A stretch of DNA of 64,000 bases from Monocercomonoides exilis PA203 (taxonomy: Eukaryota > Protista > Preaxostyla), in contig LSRY02000037.1 of the NCBI GenBank assembly GCA_001643675.2, forward strand, positions 496,001 through 560,000. Direction: 5' to 3'. A program made the translations under genes and the position numbers. Shown here piece after piece: positions 37,713 to 48,261 of the stretch. The first letter of the stretch is position 1. Each line of letters opens with the position of its first letter. Below the pieces are notes generated by a model. It was given only the letters and a program-made list of their open reading frames with translations, made no database searches and was not told where the DNA came from.

Positions 37713-38478
37713 TATATTTTGGTTTTATCAATTTCAATAAATTGGATTTCTCTAAAATTTGCGAGTCCATTTTGTTCTAATTTTATTACACTCCAAATAA
37801 GGTGTGCGGTCCTTGTTTTTTTAATCATAACATTTTCTTCCTGTCAAAAATAAAATCGATTGATTTATCATAATAAAGAACGACACACAAATCTGATGAT
37901 ATCTGAAACAGTTATTTTATTTGAAGAAGATATTTGAGCGATTGCACAATCCTCAATCTCTTCTTCTTCCTCTTTGTTGAACAATCGTGGATGTTTTATA
38001 TGATGCGGATCTCTTCATGCTTTTATTGAAGCAATGTGTCGGTAAACTGATGAATGTGAAATGATTTAGTCTTTTACTAGATCAGAAGGTTTAACTCCAT
38101 CTTGTTTTAATAGATAATCAACTTTTTTAGCCTTTGTTGATAATCTGCAGAATTCTGCTGATGCCTTTATTGGTGACAACTTTTTTGATTGAAGAGTGGA
38201 TGAAAATTGTGCTTTTTTCATACGATTAATAAAAATATGATCAATAAAATTAATAATGTCTATCAACATGAAATAAGCAAGATTTTAAAAACCTTGCAAA
38301 TCTTATAACCTGCATTTGTTTGATTATAAGTTTTCCCATTAGTTTAAAAATTGAATTCACATTTATAACGTTTATTTGTCACAGAAATGTCCCGGGTTTT
38401 GTCACGGACTGTAAAATGAAATGAAAAAAATTGAAAAATGATACAAAATACAATTTTTTGATCTCTTAAGCAATCACT

Positions 38479-41400
38479 TCACATAAACGCAACATTTTTC
38501 ATAATAAGAAGAATTTCAGCCATTGAATCTATCAAAATATCTTTTTCTTCATTTTTTGATGGTATCAAAGAGCTGAATTGAGAGGATTTGCATCCTCTTT
38601 CTTCGATATTATTAACAGCTCTCAATGCTTTTTCCACAAAACTTTTAACTTCTCTTTCAATTGACGAAGCGCAAAGCTTTTCATTGGCGAAGAGAATATC
38701 TTGAATTTTGTGCATTGGATGAGTAAATGAAGCATATCTGTACACATCATCTGTCGCAATGCCGCAAACACAAAACAAATTTTCCTTCTTTTCCTGTTCA
38801 ACGCTTTCTTTTTCTTTTATCGAAGTTTCTTCATCAAATACACTTTCTTCCACAATATCTTCTTTTTTTTCAAAATGACAAGATAAAATCGGCCGCTCCC
38901 AACACACTTTCACGGATCGCTCATTATTCGACAGGCGATCCACAAGTGTCTCAGTTGTTCGATCTGAAACACCCCAAGAGACACATGAATTCTTCAAATA
39001 TAGCTCAATCAGGAATGTGTGGTCGCACGGAATCGAAGAGCGTTTATAACCAATTGTTGAATGCCTGGAAGAATAAACTACTTCGCTTCCAACAGAAGAT
39101 GATTGGAGTACCTTTGCATGCATAGGGCATATGTCGCAGTGTGACGGAGTGGGGTATGTTGAGGCAACAACTCGACCTAACGTGCCAAAAGGAACAAGGC
39201 CAGTTGCAGCAACTAACACGACACGATCACCGATGCGCAGCTGCCCTCCGGTGATGTCACTACCATCAACAGTTATGCTGAAAACTGAAGAAACAAGGCA
39301 TTCTGGATGAATTGAGCATGTCACTTGAATGTGAGTTGTTTTTTGTTCTTTGACTTTTGAGTGAACATTAGTTGAGGAAGATGCTGAGCTTTCCCTGTCT
39401 TCATTTAAAGTGAATGCATCCTTTGACCATCCACTTTCCCTCTCGTATCTTTCCATCAAAGTCATACCCATTTTCTCAAGTCTCATTGTGGTGCATTTCC
39501 CGACTTCTGCTTCCGGTTGTTTGCTCATCAACTTCTTCCTCTCATCCATCCAATCAGTGAACCTTTGAACTTCCTCTTCAGCATTACCATGACCAAACAC
39601 AGAGAATACGTCAAACCTCTTCAGTCGAAGCGGAATCGAAATCAATGACTCACAGAAATCAAACACAGCAGGAAAGTCTTTTCTGTATTCCAACAACATC
39701 TGCAGAGCATAAAACGAGTATTCTGTGCAGTCTTTCATCGGATTGAAGCGAGCGTATAGAGGAGAATGGCTGTTATTGACTGGATCGATGAATGGGAATG
39801 ATAAGGTCACATTCACAGGAAAGTGAACTTTTGAAACATTTGCTTCTTTTGCTTCTGATAGATCTTTTTGCTTCAGTTCATTCAAATTCTTTCGAATATC
39901 TTGTGATTCATCATCTGATCCAAATACAGATCCTGAATCAAGTTTATAGCCTCCAAGGTCGTTATTTTTCCTTTTAATATCTTCTTGATTCACCCAGTCT
40001 CCATCAAGAGATCCTTTGTAAACCCGAGAATCAACAGCAGAAAACTGAGAACTCTGCTCGTGCGAGCTACGATTTCTGTTGCTGTAATAATTGTTCATTG
40101 TGAGCGTTAACGTGAAGTTTGGCATTGTTAGCATTTGAAGAGTTAAATGAGATACTTGCAATATCTGTAAAACATCACTCATATCAATCCACTTCTGTGA
40201 AGTTATTAAACAACAAGAAAGAAGATCTGGATAAAGTGAGTATTTTGGAGGAAGCAACGACATTTTTGTGCAATCTTCTACTGACATTTGGCTCAGTATT
40301 TCTGAACGCAAAAGATCAAATGGAATGTTGCTGAACAAACTTGTTTCTTTCCCTGGAATTTGTTCCTCAAACGCATCAAACTCAACTTTTATTAGCACAT
40401 CTTTAATTTTTTCATCTTCACTGACTTTCAAATAATCTCTGCTTTCAATCATTAATTCTTTATCTTTTGTATTGCAAACACTCAAAACAGATCCAGACGT
40501 AGCTACCAGAGCGAGTGGATGAGGAATAGAAGAGATAGAAATAGGCACCATCTCTCCTGATTCATCTCGTCTTGACACAGAAAGAACATTCAGATTGCTT
40601 CCGCAAACACATATTGTATCGCTTTGAGACAAAGTTGGGATTTCATTAGGAACTGTTTGAATGGCTGCAAGTCGTTGTTCCAATTCTGTAAACAGCTCTG
40701 GTGTCGTATTAACTGTTTCTGTGAATGAAGGGATTGCTGATATCAACTGTATTGGTACACACATTGCGCCGCCCACATTATATTCAGCAGAAATCACTTC
40801 TTCATCAAAATCATTAGTGCCATTGAACATGTTTTCATTCTCGAATTTTTCCTTTCCATTTCCCTTTTGTGGATTCCAAACATCGCAAATCCCAACCTTT
40901 CCATCTGTTGCAGATCTTGTAGAGTTAAACCCAAATAATCCCTTTTCCAGTCTTCTTTGAGCTCTCTCGAAATCTGCGTCGCTCACCTCTTCTCCATCAG
41001 CTCGACTTCTCTGCACTAATTTTTCAGCTTCTGCGTAATTCACCATAAATTTCTCTCTTTCATATTTCAAACTTTCATCATTATCATCATCATCAAAGTT
41101 TTCATCTTCTTCATCGGTATCTTTTGGATTTGCATATTTTCCCCTTCTTTGGTATTTATTTTGTTTCTGTAGCTCAGCGTTCATTTCTTTTTCTTCCTCT
41201 TCCACTCTCTTCATCTCCTCCTTTTTCATTGCACTTCTTCTCTTTCTCCATCCTTTTTTCATTGAGCACAAAGGATGCACATAGCACAATAAACTGGAAG
41301 TCTTTCCCACGTCAATACCTCGCCTTGAAATCAGCTGGTTTCGAATGAATGAAAAACGGCTGTTGAAACAGTCATCCGAAAGTGGCTGAAGAGGTATAGA

Positions 41401-44400
41401 ACGAGCAATAAAGCGAGCAAAAAGAGTAGGGCAGTTCAAAGTTAGAACGTGACGAATTTGCAGAAGAGATTTTATGAATGAAGCAGACAAGCAAGCACTT
41501 TTTGATCGGTTGAAACGAGGAGCCCTTTGATTGAAGCTATTGACATCATTTCTTTGGGAATCGAAATGCGCTTGTGATTGCGAAGTGAATGAAGAAGCAG
41601 AATGTGGAAAAGAAGATGACGACGACGAAGAAGAAGGAGAAACAGAAAAATGAGAATAAGGTGAAGAAGATTCCTGATGAGCAGAAAAGCGATTTGAATA
41701 TTGCGAGTAGCTCGACGGAGAATGAGAGAATGAATTTTGATTTCTCATTCCAGAAAAATCATCAAATCCCTGAGAGCCTTGACGAAACGAAGGAGATCCG
41801 TACAGATGCTGTTGTCTTTCTTCGAAGGCTCCATTTCTCTGCCCTTCATCCATCATCCCATAGTTATCGGCGCTGTCTTTCGGATCTTCATACAACTTCA
41901 CTTCATTTTCGTTAATCTCTTCTTCTTCTTCTTCTTCTTCTTTATCTTCTTGACTTTTGTTGTGCTTATTTTTGAGCGTTTCATTCATCCACATTGCTTT
42001 CATTATCTCGCAAAATAGAGTTTCTTCCTCCCTCGCTTTTTTCCACTGTTTGTATTCTTCCATTGTTTGTTCATCAATGTCTTCACAAGAACCAAGGCCA
42101 GATAGCTCTAAAAGTCTTTCTTCTTCCATTTTACTCTTTAATTCATCCATCTTTCTCTCTAATCTCCTCATTTTCAGTTCTTCTTCTTCTTCCCTCTCGC
42201 TCGCCATCGGGTCCAGAACAAAACTAATTCCCGGTGCATCAATTCTGTACACTCTCGCTGGGATTAAATGGGGATAGGAAACATAGCACGCACACCCAAC
42301 AAGCAACCGAAGCACATCACTGACCATTTGAAGTCGTGTGGAGCAGGTAAGAGAAGCAAAAGAAGGAGGAAGAAAAGTTGTTGGATCAATTTTTGTTAAC
42401 GAAGAAGAGTAAGATAACATCTTTGTCATTTCTTCTTTCAGCTTTTCCTTCTCCTCTTTTTCATCTTCTTCATCATTTTTCTCTGAGGAATCTGTATCCA
42501 TGTCTTTATTTCCCTCAACATTGCTTGACGTTTTAAACATTTCTTCATACATCTTCATTGCGCTGTCGTAATCATCCTTCACCTCTCTTTCTGCTCCCTC
42601 CTCTTTCTCCTCTTGTCGTTGTTGCTGATGCAGCTGTTGCTGTTCTCCATGGCTATAAAGACGGTATTCTTTTAGTCTTTCTCTTCTTTCAATACTTTCA
42701 TATTTCCTCCGCATCCTCTCTTTGTTCTCCCTCAGCATCTTTTCATTGTCCTTCTTTGTGAAAAGCGGATTTCCAACATAAATTATTTGAGAAGGGTTGT
42801 TCGAACTGTATGAAAACATCTTCATCTTCACAGGGCGAACAAAGCTCGTCAGATTCAGAGCAGATTTGCTTAAGCAGTCAATATCTCTCAATATTTCCTC
42901 TTTTTCCTTTTCTCCACTCCCATTTGTTTCACCTTTCTTTAAATTTCCTTCTTTTTGCCCTGTCAAACAATGTGAACCAGCAAAGCAGTTCACACTTGGA
43001 ACAGTCATTGGCATCTGATTGACTGCTGAAGAAGGCAAAGGAAGCGAATGCGACAGGAAGAACGAAATGGAAGGCTTGCGCAGAACATAAAGTGATGAAA
43101 AGCCAGCACGCAGATAAGAACCAGGAAGGAGCTTTGGCTCAAAGGGAATGAAGCTTTCTCTCCAATACTCGATTGAACCTGAGAATGAGAAGAAACACAG
43201 AAAGAGAAGAATTATTAAATAGTTTTTTTTAAAATATATATGAATAAATATTAATATCAGAAAAATTTCAATGTGCAAATCAAAAAAAACAAAATAATAA
43301 AATAATTCAAAAAATAAAAAATAAAAAATAAAAAATAAAAACCAAACTCGAATTTGAATAAATCTTCAATTCATTTTCATCTGCCTCCTCAAGCAGTCTA
43401 TCTGAATGAGGAGCTGCTTTGAGCACAGCAACACGACACTGCTCGAGCGAAGGGAAAGGCAGAGCGAGAGAGAGAGGCAAGTCAGAACGCAAAGGCGGTT
43501 CCAACACGTGTGAGGGATAAACTGACTCCATTTTGGCCTCTTCTTCATTCTCAATCTACACAAGCAATTCATTCAATTTGTTTCGGTTGGCTAATTTCCT
43601 TTCTTCATCATCATTTTCTTTTTCATCTTCCTTTCCCACTTTCTCTTTCTTTCTTTCATCTTCCTCCTTTTTCCACTTCTCAATCGCCTCTTTCCTCTTC
43701 TCCATTGCTTCTCCTCTAATCCTCTCCATCTCCTTTTTCCTTTCCAAGTGCTCAGGAGACAACAAAACCAGGTTCCATCCCATTTCATTGCGCTCTTTCT
43801 CTTCTCTGCTCAGCTTCGGATACAACTCTTCTGCTGCTCTGATGACCGTGTCTGAGTCAACAAAAGGCAGAAGGATGACTGACTCGTGGTGAGGAAACTC
43901 AGAAAGCGTGTGGCTGTGGATGATCTCGTCGGTCGGGAGCGGCTGGAAGAGATCGAAAGAGGAAGAAGAGAAAGAAGAGGAGGAAGAGGAGGAAGAGGAA
44001 GAAGATGTTGATGAAGACGATTCAGATGAATGTGTTGCTTCTTTCTGAGAAGATGGAATATTTTGAATTGCTTCTAATGATTTGCCATTCTCATTTCTGT
44101 CTTTATCTGTACTTCCACTTTCTATGCTTTTTCTCTTATCCTCTTTGGAATTGCTATTTCTATTGCTATTACTATTACTGCCAGCTTTGCCATCTCCCAT
44201 GAACTCCATAAACTCCAACGCCAAGTATTCTCTCAGCATATTCACATGCAGAAACTGCAGCTTCATGCGGTGGTTCTTGTCGACAGGTGAATCGTCATAC
44301 ATCGACTCCTCCAGCTCTTCCCGCATAATCACAATGTTCCGCTCGTGCGTCAGCAGCGTCAACATAATCAGATCCGCATCGCGCCCGTAGATGCAGTGCG

Positions 44401-45177
44401 ATGTGGACGGGTCGTAGCCCTTCTCCCTCCTCTTGTTGCGGATGAACGACAGGATTTTGTGCTCTCCTTCACCTGGAACATCACTCCCAGAGATGATCAC
44501 CTTCAGCCTTTCCCATGCTTTGTCTGTGCTCATTTTCATTTGCGCATAGTACTTCACCCACTCGTTCAATCTGCTCATAAATTCTGTTCCGGATGTTATG
44601 CAGGTTCCCTCAAAGACATGTTTTCCATTAACGCATTGACCGTGTCCTTTTCCAGATATTTCTGCTTCAAATGCAGATCTATATCTTCTTTGCCTCTGCT
44701 GATGCATTTTCGCCCTTGGAGCAACTCCCAAATAACAATTTATAAAAGAAAATTTCAAAAAATACAGTTCAGCCAAATAATTTGTATTCAAGCCATCCAT
44801 TGCGAAATATACAAGCTTCTTCGGCTTAACAGCTTGGAAAAATTTGTCGAACGTTCGAAAAACTTCGGACATAACTCCTTCTTCTGACAGTCTTTTCCAA
44901 ATAATGATTCATAACGAGATGCATTATGAACAATTCCATTTGCATCCAAGTATAAATTATCTAAAAAAATTATTGTGAAAATGTTAAAAATTGAAAATAT
45001 AAAAATCAAAAATCCAAATTGAATATTAATTTGAATGAAACCGATGTCAGGAGAAGAGAAAGGATAATTGGAGAAAGAATCATTGGATAACGCTCGCTCA
45101 TGCATCTATCATGTTAAAAGATTTTCTTCAACAAAACTTAACGAATATTCACGCCTAAAAAGCTTTGGTATCCCCAT
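38479..45177 (-). CDS. XRN1: 5'-3' exoribonuclease 1 homolog, aberrant (possible pseudogene or pseudo-enzyme)
   Basis: Motifs MGIPKLFR-CMSERYP, DNLYLDANGIVHN, MDG-VAPRAKMHQQRQRR, CITSGTEFM, DVPGEGEHKI, HCIYGRDADLIML, LREYL, LLPFVD, and the XRN1-type C-terminal SH3-like motif IGDRVVLVAATGLVPFGTLGRVV. Inferred introns 45154-45106, 45041-44961, 44793-44728 and 43347-43179; in-frame TAG at 43556-43558. Confidence 0.85.
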
Positions 45178-45386
45178 TTTTGATTCACGGCTATCCAAAC
45201 GAAATTCGAATTTTTATTATAATTTAGCAAACGATCAAAAAATCAGTAATGTTTTTCTGAGAAACTCAACGAAAATTTTTTAAAAATCCTTTATCATTTG
45301 TATATTTCAAAAAATTTGCAAAATTGAATTTTTTAATGAAATAGATCGAACTGTGCATATCAAAAGTTTTATTGAAAAAGAACTCC
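45178..45386. promoter_or_regulatory. Putative bidirectional promoter between XRN1 and HGH1
   Basis: Only 209 bp separate the two divergent ATGs; inferred from geometry, no motif identified. Confidence 0.5.
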
Positions 45387-47177
45387 ATGTCTTCACTGAA
45401 GAAGGAAGATACCGAGCAATTAAAAGAACTTATTGAATTTTTGTCATCTGATAGATCTGATGTCCGTAAAATAGCCATGAATCATTTGGCAGGATTTTCT
45501 ACAAATCCAAAAACAAGACAAATACTTGCATCGTTGGGCCTAAATGAGATATGGAAGCTTCGAAATGATGCCCAAGAAACTGCGCATGCAGCTTTAATAT
45601 CTATTGTTAACATAACTTCTGATCGTCCCTCTTGTCTAAAATTTACTCGACTTTACCAAAAAGATCCAGTCGAAGCGGAATTGAAAGCGAGCGATCAGTC
45701 AAATGATGAGCGTCAAAGGGGAAGTTCTAAAGAATTGTTTACTTTGCTTGTGGATAGAATAAGTGACGATGATAATCCTTTTCGCTCGATGTATGCCGCG
45801 ATATTGTCGAATATCACAAGATATCCCGAGGTATTGAACTTGTTGTTTCACACAATAGGTGTTAGAAATGTCCCTACTAAAATGGAAGAGCATGACCCAC
45901 GTTTTGATGCAGATATATCAATTTTGAGACTTGTAAACTGTTTTTTGAAATCATCTCAATATGCCAAAGAGGTGAAAAACTCTAAAGAAAAAGGACAGTT
46001 GGGTGATCCATTGCGCTGGGTTGCATCGGTACTGATGAACATATCTCAGCTTCCAGAATGCAGAGCGGTTCTCCTCCAAAGGCAAAAACAACCGAGCATT
46101 TCATCATCCGCTTCTTCAACAGCTTCTGCATGCCTTCCTCGTCCGATACTTATTGGAAATTTGATTCCTTTTATAAGGCATATTGATTTAATGCGTCGCG
46201 GAGGAATTATGGGCACCATACGCAACTGTCTGGTGGAAGGAAGCGAACTGTTAAGATTACTTGGCCCCTCAACAAATTCATCGGCAAGTTCATCAACTTC
46301 TCCAACAGAAACATCGACAGAAAAAGTCGAGCACCCTGGTTTTGATCTGATAGCTTCACTTCTCCAGACGATAGCTGATGACGATGGAGAATATCGGCCA
46401 GGTGAGCTTGCTGGATTACCTGACATTTTGTCTCAGAGACTGCCTCGCAACGCCGCTAAAGAGAAGATGAGAAAAATGACACAACAGCTTACTTCCTCGT
46501 CAGATGGCACTGAAGATAAAGGAAGTGCAGAATACAAAGAGCATGAGTGGGAGGTGGTCAGCGATGGAACAGGGTCGATTGGGACAGCAGGAAAAATGGT
46601 TATTATGGACAGAATAACAAAGGAGAAGCTGATAATCTCATCCACTCCGCATGGGCTGCACACAAGCAGTGTGGATGAGATCAAGACGAAGGAGACGGAC
46701 CCGTTCATCAGGAAAATGTGTGGGCAGGCTCTGCTGCTGGTTGTGTCATCGAAGGTGGGAAGAGAGCGTGTGAAAGGATGTGGGTATGCGTATCCGATTA
46801 TTCGCGAGTATCACAAAAACGAGACAAATGACGAAGCTTTCGAGGTATTTGCTCAGGTTGTTGATATGATCATAAGAGAAGATGTGAAAGAAGAGAAGGA
46901 GGATGAGGCAAAAGGAGAAAGCAGTGGAGATGGAAAAGAATCAAAAGCAATCGAGTCTGATTCAAGCAGACTCGAAAGCAATTCTGAAAAATCGAATGAA
47001 GCTGGAGATGCGAAAAGTTCTTCTTCTTCATCATCATCATCTTCTTCTTCTTCTTCTTCGAGTGGAGAAGTGGTTACTCATGTTGAAGAAGGAGGAGTTG
47101 TGCACAATTATGCAGTAGTTGCATCGAAAGAAAAAGAGGCTATTCCTTCACTGTTTATCCCTCCACCAAAAAAGTGA
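45387..47177 (+). CDS. HGH1: HGH1/FAM203 family armadillo-type eEF2 chaperone, intronless, intact
   Basis: ELIEFLSSDRSDVRKIA, LMNISQ, RRGGIMGTIRNC and ETDPFIRK...ALLL...GRE...YPIIREYH match remembered HGH1 N- and C-terminal motifs. Confidence 0.85.
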   Translation: MSSLKKEDTEQLKELIEFLSSDRSDVRKIAMNHLAGFSTNPKTRQILASLGLNEIWKLRNDAQETAHAALISIVNITSDRPSCLKFTRLYQKDPVEAELKASDQSNDERQRGSSKELFTLLVDRISDDDNPFRSMYAAILSNITRYPEVLNLLFHTIGVRNVPTKMEEHDPRFDADISILRLVNCFLKSSQYAKEVKNSKEKGQLGDPLRWVASVLMNISQLPECRAVLLQRQKQPSISSSASSTASACLPRPILIGNLIPFIRHIDLMRRGGIMGTIRNCLVEGSELLRLLGPSTNSSASSSTSPTETSTEKVEHPGFDLIASLLQTIADDDGEYRPGELAGLPDILSQRLPRNAAKEKMRKMTQQLTSSSDGTEDKGSAEYKEHEWEVVSDGTGSIGTAGKMVIMDRITKEKLIISSTPHGLHTSSVDEIKTKETDPFIRKMCGQALLLVVSSKVGRERVKGCGYAYPIIREYHKNETNDEAFEVFAQVVDMIIREDVKEEKEDEAKGESSGDGKESKAIESDSSRLESNSEKSNEAGDAKSSSSSSSSSSSSSSSSGEVVTHVEEGGVVHNYAVVASKEKEAIPSLFIPPPKK

Positions 47178-47574
47178 GATTCCTGCGATTTGTTTTGTAA
47201 TCAATAAATGAATTTCAGTTTTTAATTCTCGTAAATAATTTTTAGCATTTCAAAGTTTCTGTTTATATTCAATCAAAAATTTTCGACTTTTGATATAAAA
47301 TGACCAAAGTTTTTCGCAAATATTTTGCTCAAATGAAATAAGTTTTTGTAAATTTTTCGCTTATAGAGATCAAAGAATAATAACTAAAATTTTGAATTAT
47401 TAGTAACATTTTTCTAAAGTTCGTGTGAAGGAAAATAAAATGCGTTCAATTATTCAAATTGGAAAAAAATAAATGTTAGTTAATGAATAAAATTGGTTCT
47501 TTGGATAAAATGAAATAGTGTTTATTTCAATATTTTGTAATTTTGATAAGTTTGTTTTTCTTTCAAGACATATT

Positions 47575-47920
47575 GGTAAGAGTGGACTCAACCGACACCC
47601 TAAAATTAACATACATAATCATTTTCCCAACATATTAAATGATAACTATTTAATATATTCTAATTTTATTTAGAAAAAAAACAATATTCAAATATTTAAA
47701 ATCATCTTCTTTCTTATCATTAATTATCAAAAATAATTGGATTTTCTCGGAAAACCCAACTTTTTTACCTTTTCTTAACCCCAACATATAAAATGCGAAA
47801 ACAATTACTCGTATAACACTTAAAAATCTTCAATTCAGAGCTTGTTAAAGAAGAGAAATAACAGAAATATAAATACAATGGGTGCGATCAAAATTGGTGT
47901 CGATTGATTCCACTTTTACC
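47575..47920. mobile_element. MITE, ~346 bp
   Basis: 25-bp TIRs GGTAA(G/A)AGTGGA(C/A)TCAA(C/T)CGACACC at 47575-47599 and 47896-47920 (22/25); AT-rich non-coding interior; ACATATT on both flanks. Confidence 0.75.
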
Positions 47921-48261
47921 TACATATTTTTTCAATGTGCTTATCTCATTAAGTGAAAACCAAAAATAGATAAATCATTCAGCGAAGATCGGTGTAATCA
48001 CAATCCATTGTTAGCCATTTTTAATGATTATAATCGAACATGATAATAACCGGAACTGCTTTTTCATTGAATAATTTTTTCATAATATATTTTTGAAAGT
48101 CATTATATAAAGTTTTTTTCAAATACAGATATCGCATAAAATACCGGACATCGCACAAAATACCTGAAAAGATCGGTTTCACAATAACTGCCAGATGAAT
48201 AATTCAGATAATTTTCCTTTGAATACATCTCATCAAAACAAACTCATTTGATATGCAAAAC

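Larger units (their letters stand above)
34300..38411 (-). mobile_element. pogo/DDE_1-type transposon, element C (outer), related to element A and interrupted by element D
   Basis: TIRs CGGTTCGTTACAAAACCCGGG (34300-34320) and CAGTCCGTGACAAAACCCGGG (reverse complement of 38391-38411), 18/21 match, both TA-flanked. Transposase N-terminus at 37715-38221 and catalytic part at 35093-35398 (LDDHTSRL...PSHTTHLTQPLDRYVF). Confidence 0.85.
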
